A stretch of 64,000 bases of DNA, taken from a virus (Duplodnaviria; Caudoviricetes). Numbering within the stretch: position 1 is the stretch's first letter; the number at the start of each line of letters is the position of its first letter. Positions 18,917 through 28,427 of the stretch are shown piece after piece. Location: positions 137,068-201,067 of the IMG/VR virus record IMGVR_UViG_3300032265_002598; one strand, written 5' to 3'. The notes below the pieces were generated by a model, which saw only the letters and a list, made by a program, of their open reading frames with translations, was not told where the DNA came from and did not search any database. The position numbers and the translations under genes were made by a program.

Positions 18917-20500
18917 TTAATTAAAATACAGAGTAGAGGTGGTTTCTTGGTTTTTAAACTTGTGGATAGGATAAAATTGTTTATAGTCTAGATTCCTAGG
19001 AGGAAAACCGCTATTTGTTGATAATCCTATAATTAAACCAAAAGCACTTTGATGATCTGTACAAGCAAAAGGAACACAGCTAGAATCTTCTGAACACGCA
19101 GCGGCTTGAGCTTGTGATATAGGATCGCACGGTTCAGGACATTCTTTTTTACGACATCCTATTAAATCTGGATTTTGATTAAATTTTACTATCTTACTTA
19201 GGTGGGTTTCTGTAACTAAAAAACTACCATCTGGTATTGGTCCCCAACTAGGACCACCACCAGTATTCCAATTTCCCCAACTATTGGCAATTAAGAATAC
19301 ACACTCTGGATATTCTATCTTACGATCATCATATCCTATAATGGAGTATGTATGATAATGATTACGATCAGGATAGGTTAATCCGGTAGAATCTCTAGTA
19401 TTAGGAAATCCAACATTAGTAAATAATACAACCCCATAGCCATTGTATAATAAATCTTTGACACTACTAGTTTGATCTTTTTGAATAAAACTAATAGTTC
19501 TCATTCTTGGAACAATATTGTTTGATATTCCAGTATTTTTTATATAGTCATAACCATTATTGTTTTGAAAATATTTTAAAAATAAATCGTTTTTGCAAAT
19601 ATTCATACTAGAAGATACAACTGGATCTAAAAAGTTAGCATATCCATCATATCTTTTTCTTTTAACTATTCCTATATGTTTGAAAACTTCATCAATCCAA
19701 CCAGTTAAAATATTTCCTCCAAAAGAACTATCTTCTGATGGTACTAGATATTGAAAATCAAATCTGCTTGTTTGTGGTTGTCCACAACAAAGATTCATTT
19801 TATCTCTACAATTACCAGCGCAGCATGGGTCTGTAGCATAACCCGGATCATCTGCTTCTCTTGTACATGGGCTACAACTATCACATGTACTTTTCATAGT
19901 CAATAAATTTAATTGACAAGAATGTGGAGCCCCTAAAGAACCGGGCACTGAAGTAACAAAACAAGATAATTCTTGATCGCAACCTATTGTTCTTTCTATA
20001 TCAGGATATGTATATCTACCAATAGAATTAGTTATTGCATTTCCATTTTGGTCTAATAAAATACCAGAAACTACATCTGGACCAAGCATCATTAAACAGT
20101 CTGGTAGAGAGTTGCCAGCAAAATATTGGAGATATTCTGTAGACATTCTGGCTTCCCAATCTTGATAATTACCACTAACCTCTATATCGCAGGCTCGTGT
20201 AATATCACAAGCATTTCTTATACCATAAGCAGTTCCGCTTTTAATATCAGATTGGATTTCTGTAAATGCTTCAGCATCTAATCTCATTAAAAATTTAAAA
20301 GGCATACCTAGTTTATTAGCGCCAGTGCCGCTAATATTACCAGTAAGAGCTGGAGAAATATTTGGCACTCCAGAAGTTATTGGATCATAACAAGGCCTAT
20401 TTAAATGTTTTACAAATTTAACCAAACGAATCAAGTCGTATGGGGTACCATCACAAATATTTGCAGAGTATTCATTATATAGTTGAGTGGGAGTAAACAT
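18917..20500 (-). CDS. Papain-like (C1) protease paralog, apparently lacking the catalytic Cys, with a Cys-rich insertion
   Basis: Aligns by eye with 23920..24873 (RNACDITRA, HTYSIIGYDD, ANSWGNWN, WGPIPDGSFL), but QTVGDCVSHG becomes QSDIKSGTAYG. Confidence 0.75.
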   Translation of the reverse strand: MFTPTQLYNEYSANICDGTPYDLIRLVKFVKHLNRPCYDPITSGVPNISPALTGNISGTGANKLGMPFKFLMRLDAEAFTEIQSDIKSGTAYGIRNACDITRACDIEVSGNYQDWEARMSTEYLQYFAGNSLPDCLMMLGPDVVSGILLDQNGNAITNSIGRYTYPDIERTIGCDQELSCFVTSVPGSLGAPHSCQLNLLTMKSTCDSCSPCTREADDPGYATDPCCAGNCRDKMNLCCGQPQTSRFDFQYLVPSEDSSFGGNILTGWIDEVFKHIGIVKRKRYDGYANFLDPVVSSSMNICKNDLFLKYFQNNNGYDYIKNTGISNNIVPRMRTISFIQKDQTSSVKDLLYNGYGVVLFTNVGFPNTRDSTGLTYPDRNHYHTYSIIGYDDRKIEYPECVFLIANSWGNWNTGGGPSWGPIPDGSFLVTETHLSKIVKFNQNPDLIGCRKKECPEPCDPISQAQAAACSEDSSCVPFACTDHQSAFGLIIGLSTNSGFPPRNLDYKQFYPIHKFKNQETTSTLYFN

Positions 20501-20523
20501 ATATTGGTCTAATTAAGCTAACT

Positions 20524-20781
20524 TTATTTAGTCTGATTTAGCTTATTATAAACCACAAGAGCTAAAGTGCCACCAGCAACACCCATAAATATACCCGCTG
20601 GACTCATACTACTATATTGTCCCATTAAATACATTATAGCTCCGCCTAAATAAGAACCAGCTACTCCAAGAGCTACTGTTTTAACAAAACCAAAATTTTC
20701 TTCACCAGGAACTAAGCTTTTGGCAATAGACCCAACAAATAGACCATAAACACACCATACTAAAATATTAAACATTGGCAT
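20524..20781 (-). CDS. GlsB/YeaQ/YmgE (transglycosylase-associated) membrane protein
   Basis: GLFVGSIAKSLVPG...ALGVAGSYLGG...GVAGG pattern with three hydrophobic helices. Confidence 0.85.
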   Translation of the reverse strand: MPMFNILVWCVYGLFVGSIAKSLVPGEENFGFVKTVALGVAGSYLGGAIMYLMGQYSSMSPAGIFMGVAGGTLALVVYNKLNQTK

Positions 20782-21172
20782 TCTCCACTAGGGTTTTAAT
20801 TTCATCATCCGTGAGAACTTCTCCTGTTTCTAACAAAGCATTCAAAATACTTAATGAATATTTTTCATAATCTTCTCTATTCATTTCTCTGCGTAAAATT
20901 TTCTTAATTCTCATTTTTGTAAACCAGCCTCTACGTTCACTGAAAGTATGTAGCTGTTCACCATATATAGAGTATTTATCTTCTGCTGTTGAACTAGCTG
21001 ATAGTTTATTTTTATTACACTCTTGTAAAATTCTTACACAAGTTAATACTATACTAATTATCATTAAAATAGTAACAATAGCAAATCCATATACTTCATC
21101 TTTTTGTACATTAGATTTTTCTAAAATTTTAACAGCTATAGCTTTTAGTTTTTCATTATCTGGAGTTGTCAT
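20768..21172 (-). CDS. Single-pass membrane hypothetical protein
   Basis: Hydrophobic FAIVTILMIISIVLTCV segment. Confidence 0.6.
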   Translation of the reverse strand: MTTPDNEKLKAIAVKILEKSNVQKDEVYGFAIVTILMIISIVLTCVRILQECNKNKLSASSTAEDKYSIYGEQLHTFSERRGWFTKMRIKKILRREMNREDYEKYSLSILNALLETGEVLTDDEIKTLVENANV

Positions 21173-21219
21173 AATTATTACCTTATTAAAATGATTGAAT
21201 CTTAATTTGATACACCTTA

Positions 21220-23253
21220 CTATACGTTTGCGGACTCAAGAATTACAGAAGGATATCCTCCATCTGTTCCTATACTAGCTATTCTATAAGTACCTGAAAT
21301 ATCAGCAATTCCAATACCTACCGAAGAAGTAATTATAACTACTAATTCTCCTACAATAAAAGTTCCAGTAACTGTGCTACCAACTCCGGCATTAACTCTA
21401 CCATTTTTTACTCCTAAACTAGATGTATATAACGCTGTTTGAATAGCCCCAGAGGTTTGACCAGTCATACTAGACGAATTAGCAGGATATGATTGGCTCC
21501 AATTACTAAAATCACTAGGAGATACTTTAACAGTTGGGTTGGTTTTAAAGAATCTTTTTCCTATGGTAACTGTTGCTGGGGCATAGATATTTGGAGTTGT
21601 GTAGTATCTATATACTGGGGTGCTTTGACAATAGCTATCTCCAAATTGATTATATACTGTACATATATTTGCATATCCTATCCTTTTTCTATATTTTCTT
21701 ACATATGCAAAATTAGAAACATTAAATTGTGGAGATGTTGCATTATTACTATTGATCATATCTCCTCTGTCAATTGTCAATGTCTGAGCAAATTCTGTTT
21801 CCATTGGATCTATATTATTAAGATTATATCTATCAGAACCATCAGATGTTGATCTATATTTTTCATAGATAAAATTTGAACCAAAAGTAAAAGTTCCACC
21901 ATTTGGGTTTGGAATTCCAGTTCCTAAATTGGTAAAAGTTATAGGGTATTGAGCAAATACTGAGGATGTTCCTCCACTACAAGAAATAGAAAAATCAAAT
22001 GAACCTGATACTATACTTAATTCTAATGCTTCCCAACCAGATAAATCTGAAACAAAAGTATCTCGATACCATATCACGGGGGCTATCATAATACAACCAC
22101 CACCCAATTCATCACGACATGTATCTACTCCAGTTGCATATGGATCTCCAGATATTGGAAGAAAATCTACTACAGACGGATATGGTATAGTAAATGTGAT
22201 ACTATTTTCTGGTAATAAAAATTTAAAAGAAGAAATCAGATCAATATTTTCATTAGTTTTGGAAGTATATAATGAACGATAATCTATTAAAAGATCTGGG
22301 TCTGTAAATGCAACTGTTGTATTAAATGTCTTATGATTATTATTAGAAAATGTTACAAGACCGGTGGCTTTAGAAGCTCTATCAACTGTGAAAATAGTAT
22401 ATTTATGAGGAAACGAACTACTTATAGTATATGCAATATTATTACCATCAACCATATTCAATCCAGTAGTAGAAATAATACCAGACCAATATTTACCTTC
22501 TGTACCTCCATAAAGACCTCCTGCTGGAGAGGCGGTTTTATATTGAATTTCTATCAAATTTCCTGCTCTAGCATTTAACCCAGTATTATATATCACTCCG
22601 CTGTAAGGCCAAGTAGTTTCAAAGTCTCGTACTATCAAATTCTCTGTACGAGTATTTAATCCTGTGGTAGAAACAATACCACTAACATATTTACCCCCAA
22701 CTCTACCATATTTATTAGCAGCAGGCGTTCCTGCATAAAATTGAACTTCCATGTTGTTTCCAACAATAGCATTTAATCCAGTATTATAAATTACTCCACT
22801 ATATGGCCATGTCGTCTCAAAATCTCGTACTATTAGATTTTCTGTTCTACTATTAAGTCCTGTTGTAGAAATAATTCCACTAAAATATTTGCCTCCAACA
22901 CCACCATATTTATTAGCTGCTGGAGTAGACGAAGCAAACTGTATTTCCATATTATTACCAACTCTGGCATTTAATCCAGTAGTTGCAATACTTTGATAAT
23001 ATGGATAAGAAATAGAATAATTAATATCTATTAAATTATCTTCTTGTGCAGTGGAGAACACTGTAGGATTGAAATCTTTATTGCTAAATCCTACTCCAGA
23101 AACACCACTCAGTACAACTAAATATCTTCTTAAATTTTGTATTGATGATTCTCTAGACTCTGGCAAAGAATTAGTTTTATTATATCCAGTTATAACATAA
23201 ACTAAATCATCTTCTACAATAGGAAATGGGGGAGGAAGATTTGGATCAAACAT
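21220..23253 (-). CDS. Repeat-containing putative virion fibre/spike protein
   Basis: 677 aa, Thr/Gly/Ser-rich, with internal 66-aa tandem repeats. Confidence 0.65.
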   Translation of the reverse strand: MFDPNLPPPFPIVEDDLVYVITGYNKTNSLPESRESSIQNLRRYLVVLSGVSGVGFSNKDFNPTVFSTAQEDNLIDINYSISYPYYQSIATTGLNARVGNNMEIQFASSTPAANKYGGVGGKYFSGIISTTGLNSRTENLIVRDFETTWPYSGVIYNTGLNAIVGNNMEVQFYAGTPAANKYGRVGGKYVSGIVSTTGLNTRTENLIVRDFETTWPYSGVIYNTGLNARAGNLIEIQYKTASPAGGLYGGTEGKYWSGIISTTGLNMVDGNNIAYTISSSFPHKYTIFTVDRASKATGLVTFSNNNHKTFNTTVAFTDPDLLIDYRSLYTSKTNENIDLISSFKFLLPENSITFTIPYPSVVDFLPISGDPYATGVDTCRDELGGGCIMIAPVIWYRDTFVSDLSGWEALELSIVSGSFDFSISCSGGTSSVFAQYPITFTNLGTGIPNPNGGTFTFGSNFIYEKYRSTSDGSDRYNLNNIDPMETEFAQTLTIDRGDMINSNNATSPQFNVSNFAYVRKYRKRIGYANICTVYNQFGDSYCQSTPVYRYYTTPNIYAPATVTIGKRFFKTNPTVKVSPSDFSNWSQSYPANSSSMTGQTSGAIQTALYTSSLGVKNGRVNAGVGSTVTGTFIVGELVVIITSSVGIGIADISGTYRIASIGTDGGYPSVILESANV
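22456..22980. repeat. Intragenic tandem repeat, 198-bp (66-aa) period, about 2.6 copies
   Basis: atttaa(t/c)ccagt recurs at 22573, 22771 and 22969 (198-bp spacing). Each unit is a 39-aa plus a 27-aa subunit, both starting TGLN. Confidence 0.9.
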
Positions 23254-23274
23254 ATGATTTCAAACTCCCCATAT

Positions 23275-23622
23275 TTATTTTTTAATAGGACATTTGCCAT
23301 CGGGACAATTGATTGGTGCTGAATATGCTTTTGAAGAGGGGGCTTGTGGGTTAAACGACTTAATTGGACCTATAGAGATAGACCCTTTATCTGCTTCACA
23401 GTATGTACAATCAATTTTAAGAATGCCATCTCCACTCATATACCAGCCTTTACCCTTGCAAACTGGACAATCTTTTCTTTTATACTTTTGTGTGACTTCC
23501 TGTACATGCTTGGCTTTAATAATGCCTCCAGCAAGAGTTACTGGGGCTGTTGTTGAGCCATAGTAGTGAGATTGGGTAAACAATAAACTAACGCAAAATA
23601 AACCAACAAATAATTTATTCAT
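23275..23622 (-). CDS. Secreted/membrane protein with CxxCxGxG...CxxC Zn finger
   Basis: Signal-like N terminus, CPVCKGKG...CTYC, C-terminal CPDGKCP. Confidence 0.65.
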   Translation of the reverse strand: MNKLFVGLFCVSLLFTQSHYYGSTTAPVTLAGGIIKAKHVQEVTQKYKRKDCPVCKGKGWYMSGDGILKIDCTYCEADKGSISIGPIKSFNPQAPSSKAYSAPINCPDGKCPIKK

Positions 23623-23840
23623 TTCTTATCTCTCCATGGAAGAGGTATAATATTATCAATAGTATCTACAACTCTTTTTAAGGGTCGTGGTCTATTGGGT
23701 TTAACTGGAGAGTCTGGATTAACTTTGGGTTTTGGTCCAAACTTTTCTTGAGCTTTGGTAAATAAATTCACCAGAGTTTCAATAACGCCAATGATCATGT
23801 TAATAACAGCGCGAAGTTCTAATCTTTCTCTTAGGTTCAT
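23619..23840 (-). CDS. Hypothetical protein
   Basis: RBS-preceded ORF overlapping the next gene; Pro/Lys-rich tail. Confidence 0.55.
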   Translation of the reverse strand: MNLRERLELRAVINMIIGVIETLVNLFTKAQEKFGPKPKVNPDSPVKPNRPRPLKRVVDTIDNIIPLPWRDKK

Positions 23841-23873
23841 AAAATATTCCTAGAAATTTAGATATATAAATTA

Positions 23874-23881
23874 TATACACC
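23874..23881 (-). promoter_or_regulatory. RGTGTATW motif upstream of 23619..23840
   Basis: GGTGTATATAAT in the intergenic gap. Confidence 0.55.
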
Positions 23882-23919
23882 TAATAGAGATGATGGTTTA
23901 AAATAGCTAATTGCGAATT

Positions 23920-24873
23920 TTAGAGATAGTCTTCAAATCCATAGCTTGGTAGCTTTTGGAGAGGAAAACCGTCAAAACTGCTAAATGTATATGATCCATT
24001 CATGGCGAGCATACCAGCAGCCACATCAGCATGAATTAAAAATGAACCATCTGGAATTGGACCCCATTCGGGATGTCCTCCGTCGTTCCACTTACCCCAG
24101 CTATTTTGGACTAAAAAGGCTGGCTCACTGCCAGTATCATCACACGCTATCCAAGCCATACAATGTCCCCAACTACCAGATTGTTTAGCAAATCCCTTTT
24201 TATCTCTTGTATTACTAAAACCATAATTAGAACATACTGCTACTCCATAACCATTAGATAGAGCATCACGAGCCTCTTCTACTGTTCTGATTAATGAAGC
24301 AGTCTTAATCTGATGATCATTAGCTAAATCTAATACTTTATCTGGAAGTCCTCTACCTCCCCAGCCAGCACCTAGATTACCATTATATTTACTGAAGTCA
24401 GCAATGCCTGGATAATTCTTTCTAAGAACTATTCCACCAATTTTACTAACAAACTCAGCAGCCCTAGCGCAACTCATGCCTTCACCAGAGAATCCTCTAG
24501 CACCATAAATAGCTTCTGTGGCTCCCTTGGTTACCCAATCTTCTCTTTCATTATTTACATCTATTTCAACTGCTCGGGTAACATCACAAGCATTTCGTGT
24601 TCCATGACTAACACAATCTCCGACAGTTTGTCGTTCATTATAAGGATTCTTCTCAAATCTCAACACACTCTTGTATGGTGTTGAAAGTTTTCCTTTACCA
24701 GAATTCTTAATTTTTTTACTAGCATCACCAAACAATGGATATTTTGCATTCTCCATAAAATGGTCGTATACGTGTTGCTCCCATATGCAACCACTAAATC
24801 CTTGACGATAGTTATCGTAAAGTTCTTTTGGAGAATAACGTGGCATTATTTTGACCCTTCGTTGCAAGCCCAA
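23920..24873 (-). CDS. Papain-like (C1) cysteine protease
   Basis: Oxyanion Gln and nucleophile in QTVGDCVSHG, His in WGHCMAW, Asn in QNSWG. Confidence 0.85.
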   Translation of the reverse strand: MGLQRRVKIMPRYSPKELYDNYRQGFSGCIWEQHVYDHFMENAKYPLFGDASKKIKNSGKGKLSTPYKSVLRFEKNPYNERQTVGDCVSHGTRNACDVTRAVEIDVNNEREDWVTKGATEAIYGARGFSGEGMSCARAAEFVSKIGGIVLRKNYPGIADFSKYNGNLGAGWGGRGLPDKVLDLANDHQIKTASLIRTVEEARDALSNGYGVAVCSNYGFSNTRDKKGFAKQSGSWGHCMAWIACDDTGSEPAFLVQNSWGKWNDGGHPEWGPIPDGSFLIHADVAAGMLAMNGSYTFSSFDGFPLQKLPSYGFEDYL

Positions 24874-25337
24874 GCTAAAGCATTAAGACCTTCTACAGCT
24901 TTAACTCTTAGCTCTTTGGATAAAAGAATTTGATCATCACCAATAGAAGCAACTACTACTTCTTTTGCTTCTTTAGCTAGATTTGGATATTTACCTTTCA
25001 TATCCAATCTGAGCATAATACCAGCTAGACTATTAGCTTGACGAATTTCTTCAGTACTTTTAATTACTTCGTCTTCACCGTCAAGTTCAACTAGCTTTGC
25101 TAAATCAATATATAAATCTCTTAGCTTCCTAGCTTCTGACTTGATACCAGCTTCTTTTAGAACTATTACAACATCATCAGTTTCTTTTTTTACAGCTTCA
25201 TCTGTTGGTACTGATAATTCAAGAACATCTACTACAGCTGGTCTAGGCTTAAACATATCAGAAAACTCTGGCTTAAGTAGACCTACTAAAATGAGTAAAC
25301 CACCTAGTACTAATAATACTTTTTTATCCATGCTCAT
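24846..25337 (-). CDS. N-terminally membrane-anchored hypothetical protein
   Basis: KKVLLVLGGLLILVGLL anchor followed by a helical domain. Confidence 0.6.
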   Translation of the reverse strand: MSMDKKVLLVLGGLLILVGLLKPEFSDMFKPRPAVVDVLELSVPTDEAVKKETDDVVIVLKEAGIKSEARKLRDLYIDLAKLVELDGEDEVIKSTEEIRQANSLAGIMLRLDMKGKYPNLAKEAKEVVVASIGDDQILLSKELRVKAVEGLNALAWACNEGSK

Positions 25338-25723
25338 GATACTTTATCCTCTTTTTTGCAAACATTGGGACTTAGGAAAGGAAACATTTGGTCAGCAACC
25401 TTAACTGCTTCGCCGCAACCGCTTTGAACAGCCAAATCTCTGGTTTGCTTCCATGATACAACTAGCTTAAAAAAAGTATCATCTGGTTGATTAGCTACTA
25501 ACTTTGGAACAACAACAGCATCAACTGATGGTACAACAATTGGTACAACAGAAGAAGGGGTGGAGCCTTTCATTTTAGCTAATAGACCACCCAAGAATGT
25601 TTGTATGGGACTCAACTTATCCTTAAATAAAACCCATAGTACAAGACCAGCACCAGCATAAAGAGCCAAATCCATTGTGCTCAAACGACTACTAAACTCT
25701 TGGAAACTTTCTGTGAAATTCAT
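25334..25723 (-). CDS. Membrane hypothetical protein
   Basis: LALYAGAGLVLWVLF transmembrane segment. Confidence 0.6.
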   Translation of the reverse strand: MNFTESFQEFSSRLSTMDLALYAGAGLVLWVLFKDKLSPIQTFLGGLLAKMKGSTPSSVVPIVVPSVDAVVVPKLVANQPDDTFFKLVVSWKQTRDLAVQSGCGEAVKVADQMFPFLSPNVCKKEDKVS

Positions 25724-25738
25724 TGGAATCTCTCTTTC

Positions 25739-26167
25739 TCATTTATCTGAAACTTTAGGGGTATTATCGACTGTATTATCAACTGTTGGACTACTGAAAA
25801 CACCAGTATTTTTAAAGGTAGTAACCATAGCATCTATAGAAGCGCCAACCAAAATCATTAACAGCTGTTTAACGTACCTTTGTATAATAGGTTGTAGCAA
25901 GTGTGGTAGAAAGGGAAATTCAACTACTAAAAAAACCTGATCATAAAAACTAGAAACAGCATTCATAGCTATCTCTTTTTTATCAGATCCTTTTAATTCT
26001 GGATGACTTACTTGAATTTGTTGAATTATATCTGCTAAAGCTAACTGTAATAAATTCCATGCTTGAGGAATAGCTACTGATTCTGTTTGTTTTAAAACAG
26101 ACTTAGCGGCTTCTATTAGATTATTGATCTTTAATAATGCTACTTGATTCGTTACTAGATTTGACAT
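25739..26167 (-). CDS. Hypothetical helical protein
   Basis: Packed ORF, no catalytic motif. Confidence 0.55.
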   Translation of the reverse strand: MSNLVTNQVALLKINNLIEAAKSVLKQTESVAIPQAWNLLQLALADIIQQIQVSHPELKGSDKKEIAMNAVSSFYDQVFLVVEFPFLPHLLQPIIQRYVKQLLMILVGASIDAMVTTFKNTGVFSSPTVDNTVDNTPKVSDK

Positions 26168-26474
26168 TGGTTTTTCCTGTTTTTTTGGGTTTTTTCTTTT
26201 TTCTGTAATTACTTCTATTTGCTATTTTTCTTTCTTCTGGATTAGCTGTGTTCCACCAAGTTTTTTTCAATTCTGCTCTACTTGATACATACTTAAATAG
26301 AACTGTTAATTGTCCTATAATAAGTATTGTAGCTTCTAGACCTCTACTTGTTTCTTGAATCAAATCTTCTTTCTGACTATTCTCTCCAATGATTCCCATT
26401 AAATATAGTCCACTAAAAACAAAGCTGACCATAGTGAACCAAAATTCGCTAGTTCTATAGCCGGGTTTGACCAT
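26121..26474 (-). CDS. Putative holin-like two-TM protein
   Basis: N-terminal KPGYRTSEFW (a motif I associate with small phage holin-like proteins), two hydrophobic segments, basic C-tail. Confidence 0.5.
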   Translation of the reverse strand: MVKPGYRTSEFWFTMVSFVFSGLYLMGIIGENSQKEDLIQETSRGLEATILIIGQLTVLFKYVSSRAELKKTWWNTANPEERKIANRSNYRKKKKPKKTGKTNVKSSNESSSIIKDQ

Positions 26475-26510
26475 GAATGTTAAACTCCCATTTTAAATTA
26501 CCAAAAAATA

Positions 26511-26720
26511 TCATGTGCCGCTAGGTAATACTTTAACAAATATACCATTATAGAACTTATTGCCATATTTATTGTAGATGGTACTGATTGCTGGTGTGTT
26601 CTTGACGTAATTATTATTTGTTGAATATTTACCAGTAAATGTTGTTGATACGACTGCTGTGCCATTTTTAACCACATTACCACTGATTGCAGCTTGAACG
26701 TCTGTGTATGGTCTAGCCAT
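26511..26720 (-). CDS. Small hypothetical protein
   Basis: GGAG RBS and RGTGTATA motif upstream. Confidence 0.55.
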   Translation of the reverse strand: MARPYTDVQAAISGNVVKNGTAVVSTTFTGKYSTNNNYVKNTPAISTIYNKYGNKFYNGIFVKVLPSGT

Positions 26721-26753
26721 TGTTTGATTCTCCAGAATAAGGGGTTGTAATTA

Positions 26754-26761
26754 TATACACT
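26754..26761 (-). promoter_or_regulatory. RGTGTATW motif upstream of 26511..26720
   Basis: AGTGTATATAAT. Confidence 0.5.
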
Positions 26762-27077
26762 ATTTTTCGATGCGGTCTTCTAGAGCCTCTAGAGTTTTAC
26801 CAAGTGTTGCTATTTGAATTTTTAATTCTGTCATAACTTCAGTGTTTCTTTGTAAAGCATTAGCGAAAGCTGCTTGAGTTTCTTTATTAGTATTTAATCT
26901 TTCCATAATAAATTGACGATCATGTACATATGGAGATTGTGTTTCAATCATTACTAATACTTCTGATTTAGTAGTCATATTTCTTCCTATAGCTACCCAA
27001 AATCCTACCATTGTGACAATAATGCCAATAGCTGTTGTAGCAATATTTTCCCAAAAATGAATAATTGTTTCGCTCAT
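26760..27077 (-). CDS. Membrane-anchored coiled-coil protein
   Basis: IATTAIGIIVTMVGFWVAI transmembrane segment followed by a heptad-rich tail. Confidence 0.6.
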   Translation of the reverse strand: MSETIIHFWENIATTAIGIIVTMVGFWVAIGRNMTTKSEVLVMIETQSPYVHDRQFIMERLNTNKETQAAFANALQRNTEVMTELKIQIATLGKTLEALEDRIEK

Positions 27078-27094
27078 CGGATTTACTTTCTAAA

Positions 27095-27140
27095 TAATAA
27101 CTAAAAGCCAACGACACTCAAGGCATCGCTGGCTTTAGTT
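27095..27140 (-). terminator. Rho-independent terminator after 27166..27720
   Basis: Minus strand AAAGCCAGCGATGC-CTTGA-GTGTCGTTGGCTTT stem-loop followed by a T-rich tract. Confidence 0.75.
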
Positions 27141-27165
27141 GTATAGTAAAATTGATTAGTTATAC

Positions 27166-27720
27166 TCAGCCAGTCTTAGCCTTGTAATCATTATTAATAA
27201 CTGGTACTACACCGCCAAGCTTGTAAGTAAGTTGACCAGGAGCAGAACGAGTTGGATTTGCAGCACTATCTGTTGCTAATGTATCAACAGCTACAACAGG
27301 ATAGCCAGCATCAAATGTGCCTGTGTAACGATTGTATTTATTAGCTCTAATAGCTGTTGTAAATCTACGAGTTCTAAGAACTTCAAGCTTATTTATACTA
27401 CGAGTAATACCTGGAACATTAGCACCACTAAGCAATGAAGTATTAGCAACACCAGCCAAATCTGATGTGGCTCTCATGGCAACACCATTTTTATCATTAA
27501 AAGCAAAAGTGCCAGCACTTAGAGCTTTATCAGCCCAACTATTATCAAGAACTGTTGAAGCAAATACTGTTGTGTTATATCTACTAACGCCTACGTTTGT
27601 GAGCTTACCAGAAGTAACTGAGCCACCACGAGCTACTGTGCCTCTGTTATTAACTGAGCCACTGGACTTTACGTTTGGGGGTACTGTATAATCAGAACCA
27701 GATGTTTTTGCTATAGCCAT
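27166..27720 (-). CDS. Hypothetical, probably highly expressed structural protein
   Basis: Ala/Gly/Thr/Val-rich, with its own promoter-like motif, strong RBS and own terminator. Confidence 0.6.
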   Translation of the reverse strand: MAIAKTSGSDYTVPPNVKSSGSVNNRGTVARGGSVTSGKLTNVGVSRYNTTVFASTVLDNSWADKALSAGTFAFNDKNGVAMRATSDLAGVANTSLLSGANVPGITRSINKLEVLRTRRFTTAIRANKYNRYTGTFDAGYPVVAVDTLATDSAANPTRSAPGQLTYKLGGVVPVINNDYKAKTG

Positions 27721-27770
27721 TTTATTCTCCCATGGTTGACGGAAATGCTAATTATACTATACCCTAAACC

Positions 27771-28427
27771 CTAAGAACTTTGGTTATTTTTGGATAATAA
27801 TTCTAACCCATTAATAGAATTGACCTTAATACCATATAATTTAGTTCGATTGATATTATTAATTTGGCTAATATTCCAAACATTACCATTACAAATAATA
27901 TTAATGGGTACTTTTTTATTGATTAGAGCTGCTGCTAAGATATTATCATTGATATCATCAAGAAGATATCCAGAAGATGGATATATAGTATTGATACCAA
28001 AATCCATTAAAATTTGAGAAACTTTATATAGAAGCTCATAAGAGAAAACTCTATATTCTAAAGTATATCTTAATTCAACAGATGATTTATTACAAAGTTC
28101 TAAATTGGTTTTGATATCTTCCCTAAACTTGTCATATTTTCTGTTACAGAAATGTGAGGGTTGGGCGACTATATTGACTATGTGAGTTCCAGCTTTGATA
28201 GCTGCTTCTATTGCAATTCCTCTACTTTTTGTATCTAAAATACCAAGAGGATAATCGATAGGAGTAGAAATTAAAGTATCTGTTTGAGCAATAATATTCT
28301 TTGCTATCTTGATATGATTGAGAAATACTGAAATTGTAGATGGACTATAGTGAATAGCTGATTGAAGACTTTTTTTTAATTCTTCATCAGATAAAGAAAT
28401 ATCATAATTAGAATATTCTATGATCAT
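27771..28427 (-). CDS. Deoxyribose-phosphate aldolase (DeoC)-fold protein with degenerate active site
   Basis: ISTPIDYPLG, AIKAGTHIVNIV, LRYTLE and TIYPSSG map onto DeoC TVIGFPLG, A..GA.EIDMV, LKVIIE and FIKTSTG; both Lys and the Asp are replaced. Confidence 0.7.
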   Translation of the reverse strand: MIIEYSNYDISLSDEELKKSLQSAIHYSPSTISVFLNHIKIAKNIIAQTDTLISTPIDYPLGILDTKSRGIAIEAAIKAGTHIVNIVAQPSHFCNRKYDKFREDIKTNLELCNKSSVELRYTLEYRVFSYELLYKVSQILMDFGINTIYPSSGYLLDDINDNILAAALINKKVPINIICNGNVWNISQINNINRTKLYGIKVNSINGLELLSKNNQSS

